Positions 7,766 to 17,042 are shown, counted from the first letter of the stretch. The stretch: 26,940 bases of DNA from Candidatus Fermentibacteraceae bacterium (GCA_041750285.1 JBGSZS010000015.1:1-26940), one strand, 5' to 3'. Translations and numbers: made by a program. Notes: a model not told the origin generated them from the sequence alone.

Positions 7766-8100
7766 TGCTGCGCCTCCTTGTCCCGTTCCTCGAGTGCATC
7801 GCAGGCGCTGCCCTTCCAGAGTTTGATCCCCGCCTTGTGTGCCCCCCGGGAAATGGCATGCGCCGACACCGGGGAGGTAAGCACCAGGAAGAACACCGCC
7901 AGAAGCGCCTTCAGCCCCGTGGAAGTGAACCCCGTGACGAAGAGGGTTCCGATGAGGATACTGCAGGTTCCCAGAGTGACGCACTTGGTCGAAGCCTGAA
8001 GCCTGTTGTACACGTCGGGCAGACGGATCAGCCCAAGACACCCCAGAACATCGAAGACAAGACCGGCGGCTATCATCACAAGGCCGATCGCATCAGTCAT
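7762..8100 (-). CDS. mnhG: Mrp/Mnh subunit G (MbhC-like)
   Basis: GLIRLPDVYNRLQASTK, TSPVSAHAISR. ATG 8100. Confidence 0.9.
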   Translation of the reverse strand: MTDAIGLVMIAAGLVFDVLGCLGLIRLPDVYNRLQASTKCVTLGTCSILIGTLFVTGFTSTGLKALLAVFFLVLTSPVSAHAISRGAHKAGIKLWKGSACDALEERDKEAQQ

Positions 8101-8464
8101 CGAAGGTTCTCCCTTCCATGAACTTGGCCAGGGCAAGGGTGCCGATGAAGCTCTGAAGACCCCAGGCTATCCCAATGTCAAGGTACCATGAACGATCGGT
8201 CGCCAGGGCAAGGATCGCACAAAGCCCGACGACAAGAATCCCGAGGATGTCCACTCCCACTATCCTGTCCGCGGGGGTGGGACCCTTCAGTATCCTGAAA
8301 AGCACCATGAGCGCGCTCAGGATGACTATGTAAACGGCCCTGGCGAAAAACCCCGAGTGCTCTTCACCCGAAGGGAGGAACGCCCCTTCCGGGGTGAAGA
8401 GGATGATGACAACCAGTATCCCCAGAAGCACCAGCGCCCCGAGTATCCATCTGACAGTTCTCAT
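8093..8464 (-). CDS. mnhF: Mrp/Mnh subunit F (MbhB-like) with N-terminal extension
   Basis: RILKGPTPADRIVGVD, YLDIGI, FIGTLALAKF. ATG 8464 (ATGA overlap). Confidence 0.88.
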   Translation of the reverse strand: MRTVRWILGALVLLGILVVIILFTPEGAFLPSGEEHSGFFARAVYIVILSALMVLFRILKGPTPADRIVGVDILGILVVGLCAILALATDRSWYLDIGIAWGLQSFIGTLALAKFMEGRTFDD

Positions 8465-8970
8465 GTTGCGACCTCTTCGAAGATCCTTCTGAGTATCGGT
8501 TCGAATCGCCCTCCGATGGCGCTGGTGGCAGATTCCACATCCCTTCCCCGCACGCTTATCCAGTGAACGTAGAGGATCCCCTGTTCCCTGTCCACATCCA
8601 CCGTGAGCGTGCCGGGCGTCAGTGTGATCGAGTTGGCCAGGAAGGTGAGGCCCATGTCTGATCTCAGCGCGGTTTTCATTTTCACTATTCCGGGGTTGAT
8701 GGGCAGAGCAGGATGAAGCACACGGTAGGCAACATCGAAGTTTGCCTTGACGAGCTCCCATGTGAAGACCGGCACGTAGTGGAAGACGAACGTGAGTATC
8801 CTCCTGGGATGGCTCAACAGGTGGTGTCTGACAATGAACATACGGCCCATGACAGCCGCCGCGAGCAATGAGGCTAAAACCCCGGCAACAAGCTGGAGTG
8901 CCGTCGGGGGCCAGGACAGAAGACACCACACGACAAAGGCCGCCAGGAACATCAGAACACGGCTTCTCAC
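8461..8970 (-). CDS. mnhE: Mrp/Mnh subunit E (MbhA-like)
   Basis: ANFDVAYRVL, PINPGIV, LANSITLTPGTLTVDV, LYVHW. Confidence 0.93.
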   Translation of the reverse strand: MRSRVLMFLAAFVVWCLLSWPPTALQLVAGVLASLLAAAVMGRMFIVRHHLLSHPRRILTFVFHYVPVFTWELVKANFDVAYRVLHPALPINPGIVKMKTALRSDMGLTFLANSITLTPGTLTVDVDREQGILYVHWISVRGRDVESATSAIGGRFEPILRRIFEEVAT

Positions 8971-10451
8971 AGGCGAACCACCTCCCCGAGGGTGAGGATA
9001 CCATGGTCGAGCACCCTGACCGCAGGGGCGAGAACCATCTCCTTCACTTCAGGAACCAGCATGAGACCACCCAGTATGCAGAGAAGCGCCAGGACGGCCA
9101 TGCCGAACCTCATGGGCCAGGGAACCTCGCGCACGTTCTCGAAGCCCTTTTTCAGCCTTCCCAGGAACGCGAACTTCGTTACCTTGAGGAAGGAGGCAAG
9201 TGTCAGAATGCTTACCAGTATGGCCCAGGCCCCGTAGAACCACTCTCCCTGTTCAACGCAGGCCATAACGATGATGAGCTTGCTCCAGAACCCGGAGAAT
9301 GGCGGAACGCCTGAAATGGACATGGACGCTGATAGTGTGGTCCAGGAAGTGGTGGGCATCCTGCCCGAGAGACCCCCCATCTCCTTCAGATTCCTTGTGC
9401 CCGTTGCCTGTTCAAGTGCGCCGGAGTTCAGGAAGAGAAGGCTCTTGAAGATGGAATGGTTGAACAGGTGAAAGAGCCCTCCGAGAATCCCGAGCGGAGA
9501 GCCAAGGCCGAAACCGAGGATCATGTAGCCGACCTGGCTCACCGAATGGTAGGCAAGCAGCCTCTTCATGTCCCACTGTCTGAGGGCCAGGATGACACCG
9601 ACCCCCATCGAGACTGCGCCAAGCACCATCAGAAGGTTCAACACGCCGGGGCTGGCGCCATACACGTTGAATACGAGCCTGGCGATGGTGTATACACCGA
9701 GGGATTTGATGAGAACTCCGGAGAGCATTGCGGAGATGGGCGCGGGAGCTGACGGGTGTGCGTCGGGCAGCCATGAGTGGAACGGGACGATGGCTGCCTT
9801 GAGGGCAAATCCGCCCAGCAGAAGCACCAGGGCGGTGACGGTGATCGGCGCAACCCCCATCACGCCAAGCTGCTCGGCCATATGGGCCATGTTGAGAGTG
9901 CCTGTGTAGCCATAGAGAAAAGCAATGCCCAGAAGAAGCAGAAGTGAACCAAGGCTTCCCATTACAGCGTACTTGAATGCCGCCTCGAGCTCGTGCTTGC
10001 CGGTTCCGAAGGCCACAAGCGCATAGCTCGCCAGGGACGCCACCTCAAGGAAAACGAACAGGTTGAAGAGGTCGCCGGTTATCACCACACCGTTCATCCC
10101 CGCCAGCATCAGAAGGAACAGGGTGTGGAACTGCCAGCGTCCGGAATAGGCGTTCATGTAGCTCAGGGAGTAGATCATGACAAGAAAGGCCACCAGACTG
10201 ACGACCAGCAGCATGAACGACGCCAGACCGTCCATCACAAGCAGGATGCCCAGGGGAGCCTGCCAGCCGCCGACGGCGTGGGTGGAAGCAGGCGATGTAA
10301 CCGCGTAGATGGAAAGCGCCAGCACAAGGGCAACCGTCAGTGTACCCAGGGTGTCCGCAAACGCGCCCGACTTTCTGGCCGCCAGGGCGCAGAAGAATGC
10401 CCCCGCAAGGGGAACCGCAACCAGCAGAGGAATGTATTCGCCGGCCATCAT
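8967..10451 (-). CDS. mnhD: Antiporter-like subunit MnhD/MbhH (NuoN/M family)
   Basis: GGWQAPLGI, DLFNLFVFLE (TM5 Glu), LKAAIVPFHSWLPDAH, KRLLAYHSVSQ, PPFSGFWSK. Start is ATG 10451 or 10448. Confidence 0.92.
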   Translation of the reverse strand: MMAGEYIPLLVAVPLAGAFFCALAARKSGAFADTLGTLTVALVLALSIYAVTSPASTHAVGGWQAPLGILLVMDGLASFMLLVVSLVAFLVMIYSLSYMNAYSGRWQFHTLFLLMLAGMNGVVITGDLFNLFVFLEVASLASYALVAFGTGKHELEAAFKYAVMGSLGSLLLLLGIAFLYGYTGTLNMAHMAEQLGVMGVAPITVTALVLLLGGFALKAAIVPFHSWLPDAHPSAPAPISAMLSGVLIKSLGVYTIARLVFNVYGASPGVLNLLMVLGAVSMGVGVILALRQWDMKRLLAYHSVSQVGYMILGFGLGSPLGILGGLFHLFNHSIFKSLLFLNSGALEQATGTRNLKEMGGLSGRMPTTSWTTLSASMSISGVPPFSGFWSKLIIVMACVEQGEWFYGAWAILVSILTLASFLKVTKFAFLGRLKKGFENVREVPWPMRFGMAVLALLCILGGLMLVPEVKEMVLAPAVRVLDHGILTLGEVVRL

Positions 10452-10798
10452 CCCCTCAACTCCCTGATACGGGTGATGTCATAGGTTCCATAACGTTCGT
10501 GCAGCCTCATGGCGATCGCAACCAGGAACGCCGTGGTGGCCAGACCGATAACGATGGAAGTGAGCACAAGGGCCTGGGGAAGCGGATCGACCATTACCTG
10601 TTCCACTGCGCCCGGCTGCAGGATCGGCGCCTCCCCCCCTTTTTTCCAGCAGAGGAGGATCAGGAAGAGATTGACCGCGTACTCGGCGATCACGATGCCC
10701 AGGATTATCCTGATCAGGTTCTTCTTGCCGAGGACGGCGTAGACCCCGACGCTGAAGAGCAGGATGCAGAGCACGTAAGGGAGCCAGGCATTCATCAT
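10448..10798 (-). CDS. mnhC: Mrp/Mnh subunit C (MbhG/NuoK-like)
   Basis: KNLIRIILG, DPLPQALVLTSIVIG, YGT. Confidence 0.93.
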   Translation of the reverse strand: MMNAWLPYVLCILLFSVGVYAVLGKKNLIRIILGIVIAEYAVNLFLILLCWKKGGEAPILQPGAVEQVMVDPLPQALVLTSIVIGLATTAFLVAIAMRLHERYGTYDITRIRELRG

Positions 10799-11250
10799 TT
10801 TCCCTCCCTTTCGCTTCCCCTGAAGGAAACAAGGGCCAGGAAGACCCCGAAGAGGCCTGCGCCTACCTTGATGCAGATCGCGATGTTCGACAGCGGGATG
10901 GCACCCCCGCTGATCAGGCTGAAAAGCCTGCCCTGTGGCAGGAAGTTGTTGAAGAACCCGCCGTCGGCGAAACCCAGCAGGGCGATGCCCAGGAACAGAA
11001 CCGCTCCAACGCTTTCCAGCGCTGTCACCGCGTCTTTTTTGATGATCTCGAATGCCCTTTTGCCCCCGAAGGCAAGAAAGAGGTTCATGAAGCTCAGGGC
11101 GATGATCACTCCGCCTGCGAAACCGCCCCCGGGGCTGAGGTGCCCGTTCAGAACGATGTAGACACCGTAAAGGAAAATGAGCCCCACCGTGAGCCTGGTC
11201 ACGGTTTTCACCACCAGGGTCATTCCGGCTTCACCGTCATTTCCCGCCAT
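10795..11250 (-). CDS. mnhB: Mrp/Mnh subunit B (MbhF-like)
   Basis: GHLSPGGGFAGG, SGGAIPLSNIAICIKV. Confidence 0.92.
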   Translation of the reverse strand: MAGNDGEAGMTLVVKTVTRLTVGLIFLYGVYIVLNGHLSPGGGFAGGVIIALSFMNLFLAFGGKRAFEIIKKDAVTALESVGAVLFLGIALLGFADGGFFNNFLPQGRLFSLISGGAIPLSNIAICIKVGAGLFGVFLALVSFRGSEREGK

Positions 11251-11779
11251 GTTCCTTCACCCCCTTGCGGCGCATCACTGTAAGAACGCCCACCACCGCC
11301 GTGAACAGAACCGTGGCCTCGCCCAGGGTGTCATACGCCCGGTAGTCAAGAATGATCGCCGCCACGATGTTCGCGGCTCCGGTGTCAGTGGCTGAGTTCT
11401 CGAGATAACGCCGTGAAACGAGCATCAACGGTTCGCCGAAGGCCGGAAGGCTCTTGAAGGCAACAATCCCGACCCAGACGGTGAGTGCCGCGAACAGCGC
11501 GCCCAGAAGGGATCCCAGCGGTCTTGAGCCCAGCCACTCCCCTGAATCCTTCAAGGTAAGGGTCGCCCTGATCAGGATGATAACCGCCACTATCTCGACA
11601 ACGAGCTGGGTAAGGGCGATATCAGGGGCCTTCAGCAGAAGGAAGATGATGGAAAGTCCGAGTCCCACGACTCCCACCGCTATCACCGCGGAAAGCAGGT
11701 TCCTCATCTCGACCGCCGCAAGGGCTCCCACGATCATCAGGGCCATAAGGATGTACAGTTCAATCATATCGTCATCCAA
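11237..11779 (-). CDS. MbhD/MbhE-like fused membrane subunit (DUF4040 + MnhA C-terminal-like part)
   Basis: LKAPDIALTQLVVE (DUF4040) and NIVAAIILDYRAYDTLGEATVLF (MbhE-like). Confidence 0.88.
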   Translation of the reverse strand: MDDDMIELYILMALMIVGALAAVEMRNLLSAVIAVGVVGLGLSIIFLLLKAPDIALTQLVVEIVAVIILIRATLTLKDSGEWLGSRPLGSLLGALFAALTVWVGIVAFKSLPAFGEPLMLVSRRYLENSATDTGAANIVAAIILDYRAYDTLGEATVLFTAVVGVLTVMRRKGVKEHGGK

Positions 11780-13469
11780 TCAGCGCGAGATAGAGAACGA
11801 CCACTCCCGCAAGGCACCAGAGCACGTACCGTCCGAGCAGGCCGTTGTGAAGCCCCGACAGTATTCCGCCAATGAAATCGGCGAACTTCAGACCCACCAC
11901 GTAGCAGTCGAAGTGTTTCTTCTCGGCCCAGGCGAACAGCACTCCGAGAGGCTTCACGTCTTTCACCGTGGTGTAGAAATCAACGCCCGACACCCTCATG
12001 GACGGCCTGGCCTCGAGGTTCTCGCCACCGATGAAGGGGGCGACCGACCTTGTCTTTCCGGCGCTGCCCAGGAGATACACCACCATTCCCATGAACAGCC
12101 CGGCAAGGATGAGTATCGTTGCCGAGGCGGAGCTCCACAGTCCCGGGAAGACGGGTTCACCGGCTAGAACAGGGCTGAAAAGCCGGCCGAACGGGATCCT
12201 GTCCGCGAACACGCCGAAGCCGATGCAGAGGAGGGCCAGTACCGCGATCGGGGCGGCGAGGGCGAATGGTGTTCCGGGTCTTGATGCTTCGGCGATCCGG
12301 TTGACATGGGGCGACGCCTGTCCGAGGAAGACGGCATGGATGAGCTTCATGAAGCTGGCCAGGGTAAGGGCGCTGCCCATCATGGCCGCAGTGAGCCAGA
12401 TGACCCATGTCCAGCCGTTCCCGGCTGTGCCCATGATTCCCTGGTAGATCATCCACTTGGAGGCGAACCCGTTGAAAGGCGGAACCCCCGAGATCGAAAG
12501 GGAAGCGACGAAGAAAGCACCGAACACCAGTGGCATCAGTTTTCCCAGCCCGCCAAGCCGGTGGAGATCGGTGGTCTTCATGCTCTTCTCGACCGCGCCA
12601 GCGGTCATGAAGAGGCAGGATTTGTAGATGGTGTGGTTGAACATGTGGAACAGAGCCCCGGCAATGCCTATCGGATTGCCTGTTCCGATCCCCAGGACCA
12701 TGTAGCCGACCTGGCTGACGGCGTGGTAGCCCAGAAGCCTTTTCATGTCATGCTGAACCATTGCCATCATCACGGCGGCCATTATGGTGATGCTGCCCAC
12801 GGCCATAAGCACGATCCCGAGGGTGCCGTCGAGAATGAAGAGCTCAAGCGATATCCTGGCGAGGAAGAAAACCCCCAGAAGCTTGTCCAGCGATGCGGGA
12901 AGATACGCCGTGACGGGCACGGGAGCGTCTTCAGCCATATCGGGAACCCAGGTGTGGAACGGCATCGCCCCGGCCTTGGCAAGGGCTGCGGATGCCAGGA
13001 GCAGGAATGCCGCAACGGACAGTCCTCCCGCCACAGGAATGGTCGCAGTGGTAAAGGAAAGTTTGAAAAGACCTGAAAGGCCGGTTCCCGGACCGCAGAC
13101 CAGAAGCCATACCAGCGCCAGCCCCAGCAGCATCATGGCGTCGGTTCCCCCTACGATCAGAAGCGCCTTCCGGGCAGTGGCGGGGGTGGACGGAGTTCTT
13201 CCGAACCCGATCAGAAGATAGAGCAGCAGACCCAGAAAGCCCCACAGGATAACGAGAAGAAGAAGGTTGTCGGCGAAGATGACCCCCAGGGTGAGCACCA
13301 GGGTGAGCACCGTATAGAGGTAGTACCTGAACAGCCCCTTTCTTCCCTTCATGAAGCTCAGGGAATAGACCACCACGAGGATGAAGAAGAGGCCCGCGAA
13401 TGCCGCGGCCAGCCAGGCAAGAGGAGTGAAGCTGAAGAGATTCAGGCTGAAAAGGTTCTCAAGGCTCAT
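11772..13469 (-). CDS. Second antiporter-like subunit (NuoL/MnhA/HyfB family)
   Basis: AKAGAMPFHTWVPD, DMKRLLGYHAVSQ, LGGL, PPFNGFASKW and a NuoL-like C-terminal HNG..GRY tail. Confidence 0.9.
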   Translation of the reverse strand: MSLENLFSLNLFSFTPLAWLAAAFAGLFFILVVVYSLSFMKGRKGLFRYYLYTVLTLVLTLGVIFADNLLLLVILWGFLGLLLYLLIGFGRTPSTPATARKALLIVGGTDAMMLLGLALVWLLVCGPGTGLSGLFKLSFTTATIPVAGGLSVAAFLLLASAALAKAGAMPFHTWVPDMAEDAPVPVTAYLPASLDKLLGVFFLARISLELFILDGTLGIVLMAVGSITIMAAVMMAMVQHDMKRLLGYHAVSQVGYMVLGIGTGNPIGIAGALFHMFNHTIYKSCLFMTAGAVEKSMKTTDLHRLGGLGKLMPLVFGAFFVASLSISGVPPFNGFASKWMIYQGIMGTAGNGWTWVIWLTAAMMGSALTLASFMKLIHAVFLGQASPHVNRIAEASRPGTPFALAAPIAVLALLCIGFGVFADRIPFGRLFSPVLAGEPVFPGLWSSASATILILAGLFMGMVVYLLGSAGKTRSVAPFIGGENLEARPSMRVSGVDFYTTVKDVKPLGVLFAWAEKKHFDCYVVGLKFADFIGGILSGLHNGLLGRYVLWCLAGVVVLYLALIG

Positions 13470-14650
13470 GCTCTGCCCATCCTCCTCCTGAGGCTCTCGG
13501 TTTTCGCCCTCGAAAGCTCCACCAGGGCCTGCCCGTCATAGAGTACTCTTCCCCGGTGGTTCCTCACCGCCATCCTCTCGGTGCAGCAGTAGCATGGGTC
13601 AATTGATGCAAGGATGATCGTGGCGTCCGATATGGTCTCACCGACTATGGTGGCCTTGTAGGTGGGCAGGTTCATGAAGGTCGGCGCCCTGACCTTGTGA
13701 CGGATGGCCCTGTTGGTGCCGTCGCTTCTCACGTAGTGGAAGGTCTCCCCCCGTGGAGCCTCGATGTGTCCGATCCCCTCACCGGGCGGAATGCTTTCGA
13801 TGCCGGCGTTGATCGGACCCTCGGGAAGAGCCTCGAAGCACTGTCTGATGATGCTTATGGATTCGAACATCTCGAGGATCCGGACGACTGCCTTGTCAAA
13901 GACATCCCCGTTGGAGGTGACTACCATCTTCCAGTCCACCCGGTCGTAGACCCCGTAGGGACTGTCCTTCCTCACATCTCGGGCGACTCCGGATGCTCTG
14001 GATGTGGGTCCCAGGGCGCTGAACTCGATGGCCTTCTCCTTGCTGAGAACCCCCACCCCCTTCAACCTGGCGTGAAGCACGGGATCATCAAGGATCGCGT
14101 CCCTCAGCATCTCCAGTGTGGGAACGATGGAGTCGATCTTGGCGAGGACAACGGGAATGTCCTGCTGTCTGATGTCGCGCCTGACACCTCCCGGGGTGAA
14201 CATCGCGTAGTTGTTCCTGTTGCCGGAGAGGATCTCCATCACGTCGAGGATCTCCTCGCGGAGCTTCCAGGCCCACATGTAGACGGTGTTGTAGCCCAGG
14301 AAATGCCCGGCCAGCCCGAGCCACAGCAGGTGGGAGTGAACCCTCTCGCCCTCGGCGATGATGGTGCGGATGTACCGGGCCCTGTCGGGAACTTCCATTG
14401 GAAAGATGTCCTCCACGGCCCGCACATATGCGAAGGGGTGGCTGGTGGAACAGATGCCGCAGATCCTCTCCACAACGAAGGTGCTGTTGTCGAATGACCT
14501 GCTCTCGGACAGCTTTTCGATGCCCCGGTGGTTGTAGCCGATCCGGACGTCCACCTCCACTATCCGCTCGCCCTCCACGGTGAGCGTGAAGAGCTCGGGC
14601 TCCTCCTGAAGAGGGTGGTAAGGTCCGATGGGTATTACTGATCTTCCCAT
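13466..14650 (-). CDS. Group 4 energy-converting [NiFe]-hydrogenase large subunit (NuoD/MbhL/EchE-like)
   Basis: ATG 14650 (TGATG overlap). IGPYHP, GYNHRGIEK, L1 ERICGICSTSH, EAPRGE, L2 DPCYCCTER plus a C-terminal extension. All four Ni/Fe Cys are present. Confidence 0.93.
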   Translation of the reverse strand: MGRSVIPIGPYHPLQEEPELFTLTVEGERIVEVDVRIGYNHRGIEKLSESRSFDNSTFVVERICGICSTSHPFAYVRAVEDIFPMEVPDRARYIRTIIAEGERVHSHLLWLGLAGHFLGYNTVYMWAWKLREEILDVMEILSGNRNNYAMFTPGGVRRDIRQQDIPVVLAKIDSIVPTLEMLRDAILDDPVLHARLKGVGVLSKEKAIEFSALGPTSRASGVARDVRKDSPYGVYDRVDWKMVVTSNGDVFDKAVVRILEMFESISIIRQCFEALPEGPINAGIESIPPGEGIGHIEAPRGETFHYVRSDGTNRAIRHKVRAPTFMNLPTYKATIVGETISDATIILASIDPCYCCTERMAVRNHRGRVLYDGQALVELSRAKTESLRRRMGRA

Positions 14651-15123
14651 CACACACCCCTTGTTCTTATGGCGGTTTCGTCCCACTCAGAGTAATCCTG
14701 CCGCAGCGGATAGACGCCGTCCGGCCAGTTGTCCGGAAGAAGGAGCCTGCGGGGGTCGGGATGGCCCTCGAAGGTGATGCCGAGAAGTTCTCTCATCTCC
14801 CTCTCTATCCAGTTCATGGCCTCGATGTCCTTCCCGAGGGATACGATCACGGGGTTTTCACGATCCAGCAGCACCCTGATGTTAAGCATCAGGTTCAGGT
14901 CTTCCAGTGTGAAGTGGTAGATGATCTCAAGACCGTCGGGGGTGTCGGTTCCCGTTGCAATGTTGAACCTGGCTCCCAGTTCCCTGAAGATGTACGGTCC
15001 GACCCAGGCTATGGCCCTGGGTCTGAGATTTATGAAGACCCTTTTGGGCGACTTGTCGAAAACGCCGAGAATGTCATCGCCGAACCTTTTGCCGAGATCC
15101 CTCAGTACCTGCTCCCTTGTCAT
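14650..15123 (-). CDS. NuoC/MbhK-like 30 kDa subunit
   Basis: ATG 15123. EIIYHF, WIEREMRELLGITFEGHPDPRRLLLPDNWP..YPLR. Confidence 0.92.
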   Translation of the reverse strand: MTREQVLRDLGKRFGDDILGVFDKSPKRVFINLRPRAIAWVGPYIFRELGARFNIATGTDTPDGLEIIYHFTLEDLNLMLNIRVLLDRENPVIVSLGKDIEAMNWIEREMRELLGITFEGHPDPRRLLLPDNWPDGVYPLRQDYSEWDETAIRTRGV

Positions 15124-15545
15124 CAGCCTTTGCCCACCTTCTCTATAAGTTTGACGACCCCGGCGATGATGGCCTCGGGTTTCGGGGGGCAACCCGGAAT
15201 GTAGGCGTCGACGGGAATGATGTTGTCCAGGGGAACCGGGCAGTTGTAGCTGTCCATGAATATCCCCCTGGAGCCGGTGCAGGTGCCGATGCCAACCACA
15301 AGGCAGGGCTTGGGAACCTGCTCGTAAAGGGTTTTCAGCCTCTCCGCGCTCATGCGGTTGCATGATCCGGTCACCAGAAGAACGTCCGCGTGCTTTATGC
15401 TTCCCGCGAGCAGTATCCCGAATCGTTCAACGTCGAACCTGGGAGTGAGGCAGTCAAGGGTTTCGATGTCGCAGTTGTTGCAGCTTCCCGTGGAGAGGTG
15501 GAACACCCAGGGTGACTTGAGAAGGGCTTTGAGTTTCAGGCTCAT
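15123..15545 (-). CDS. Group 4 hydrogenase small subunit (NuoB/MbhJ/EchC-like)
   Basis: ATG 15545 after a GAGG RBS. GSCNNCDIE, HADVLLVTG, GTC, IPGCPPKPEAII. Confidence 0.93.
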   Translation of the reverse strand: MSLKLKALLKSPWVFHLSTGSCNNCDIETLDCLTPRFDVERFGILLAGSIKHADVLLVTGSCNRMSAERLKTLYEQVPKPCLVVGIGTCTGSRGIFMDSYNCPVPLDNIIPVDAYIPGCPPKPEAIIAGVVKLIEKVGKG

Positions 15546-15556
15546 GAACTCACCTC

Positions 15557-16477
15557 TCAAAGGCCCAGCAGGGCCAGTATCAGTGATGCGGCGGCAATGA
15601 GGGTCATGGGTCCCCAGAAAAACCTCATGGCCTGGTCGATCCTCACCCTGGGGTTGGTGTTCCTGATCACGGTTATCAGTGAGAGAACGCCGACGAACTT
15701 CAGAACGCTCCAGAGGATTCCCCAGCCGGCCAGCGAGAAGCCCCCGAGGAACATCTGGATGAGGAAAAAGGGCAGGATAAAAAGCAGCATGTTCTTGGTG
15801 AGTTTGTATATGGCAAGGCCTGTGCCCGAGTATTCTATGAGCGGTCCGTGAACTATCTCCGTCTCGGCCTCGGGAGCGTCGAACGGGACCAGAGCCAGTT
15901 TGGCCTGAATGCAGAGCAGTCCCACTATCATGGCCAGTATCCCGGAAAGGCTGCCCGCGAAGGCTCCCGCCTCCCGCTGGGCCAGCAGGATGTCTCCGAG
16001 GCGGATGGAGAGCCCCGAGTGAACGACCGGCACCAGCATCGCCAGTATGAAGGGCAGCTCGTAGGAGAGGACCAGCTTCATTTCGCGGCTTGCGCCCAGG
16101 CTGGCCAGGGGGTTCCGGGAGGCGAAACCCCCGATGATGATGCTCATTGACGGGATCGTGAGCAGGTAGATCACGACGATCCAGTCACCGACAAAGCCCG
16201 TCTGCGGACGAATCTGGTTCATCCAGAGCACCGAGGCCGCGGTGACCGCTCCCGCAAGGCCCAGCATGGGAGCTCCAAGGAAAACCCGCCGGTTCGAACC
16301 TTCCGGGACCAGGGTCTCCTTCCCCAGAAGCTTGACTATGTCGACCAGAGGCTGGTAGAAGGGGGGACCCACCCGGTACTGCACCCGGGCTGTGACCTTG
16401 CGGTCGACCCAGCTTGCGGCAAGCCCAAGAATGGAGGTGACGAGGAAGCCGAAGACCAGAAGGTAAAGCAGGATCAT
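15557..16477 (-). CDS. NuoH/MbhM/HycD-like membrane anchor subunit
   Basis: DRKVTARVQYRVGPP, DIVKLLGKE, PFDAPEAETEI, EYSG, NPRVRIDQ. Confidence 0.93.
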   Translation of the reverse strand: MILLYLLVFGFLVTSILGLAASWVDRKVTARVQYRVGPPFYQPLVDIVKLLGKETLVPEGSNRRVFLGAPMLGLAGAVTAASVLWMNQIRPQTGFVGDWIVVIYLLTIPSMSIIIGGFASRNPLASLGASREMKLVLSYELPFILAMLVPVVHSGLSIRLGDILLAQREAGAFAGSLSGILAMIVGLLCIQAKLALVPFDAPEAETEIVHGPLIEYSGTGLAIYKLTKNMLLFILPFFLIQMFLGGFSLAGWGILWSVLKFVGVLSLITVIRNTNPRVRIDQAMRFFWGPMTLIAAASLILALLGL

Positions 16478-17040
16478 GCCTCCTCCTTCTTCCAGTGCCT
16501 GGAGTGCACGATCAGGTGTTCGCCGGCGGCGAAGCAGTCCTGCATATCATCCGGAACGCCTTCGATCAGCCGCAACGCCCCGTAGGGGCAGGTGGAAACG
16601 CACACAGGTTCCCCCCCCCTCCTGGAGAGGCAGTAGTCGCAGTTCGAGGCGAAACGGGGCACGATCTCGGGGTAGATGGTCCCGTAGGGACAGGCGTGGG
16701 AACATGACCGGCAGCTCACGCACCTGAAGGTATGCCGGACAAGCATTCCGCCCGGGTCTGGAAGCTTCTCGAGTGCTTCCTTAGGGCAGGCCTTCACGCA
16801 ATGGGGCTCTTCGCACCTTCGGCAAACCATGGCGTAGGTGGCCAGTTCTATCACCGACAGGATTCCCTGGTTGGCACTGCTGTGCCACGGGTAGCTGCAG
16901 CGTATCACGCACCCCGGGCACACCGTCGAGGAACAGATGTCGAGGTCGATGAACAGCCTCGCGCCGGCGGCCGGTCGGGCTTCAACCGTTTCCCGTCCCT
17001 GAAGCTGTTCAACCGTGTTCAAGAGGTTCTTCCCTTCCAT
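16474..17040 (-). CDS. HycB/HydN/DmsB-like multi-[4Fe-4S] electron-transfer protein
   Basis: ATG 17040. CRRCEEPHCVKACP, CVSCRSCSHACPYG, CDYC...PVCVSTCP and an N-terminal Cys group. Confidence 0.85.
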   Translation of the reverse strand: MEGKNLLNTVEQLQGRETVEARPAAGARLFIDLDICSSTVCPGCVIRCSYPWHSSANQGILSVIELATYAMVCRRCEEPHCVKACPKEALEKLPDPGGMLVRHTFRCVSCRSCSHACPYGTIYPEIVPRFASNCDYCLSRRGGEPVCVSTCPYGALRLIEGVPDDMQDCFAAGEHLIVHSRHWKKEEA

Positions 17041-17042
17041 GG

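Noticed and set aside
9522..12716. Repeated sequence CATGTAGCCGACCTGGCT near 9522 and 12699
   Set aside because: It encodes the conserved SQVGYM motif in the two paralogous antiporter-like subunits and is not a mobile or regulatory repeat.
13286..13311. 12-bp tandem repeat CCAGGGTGAGCA
   Set aside because: In-frame low-complexity TM coding (LTLVLTL) with only two copies.
13697..14497. Long antisense or alternate-frame ORFs (e.g. 13697-14497, 12306-13076, 10340-11161, 23483-24379, 20642-21388)
   Set aside because: Shadow ORFs expected opposite GC-rich genes, with no recognisable motifs.
7154..16477. Calling the operon NADH dehydrogenase (nuo) or a stand-alone Mrp antiporter
   Set aside because: The NuoD-like subunit keeps both Ni-binding CxxC motifs and a cleavable tail, a maturation protease follows, and nuoA and nuoEFG are absent.
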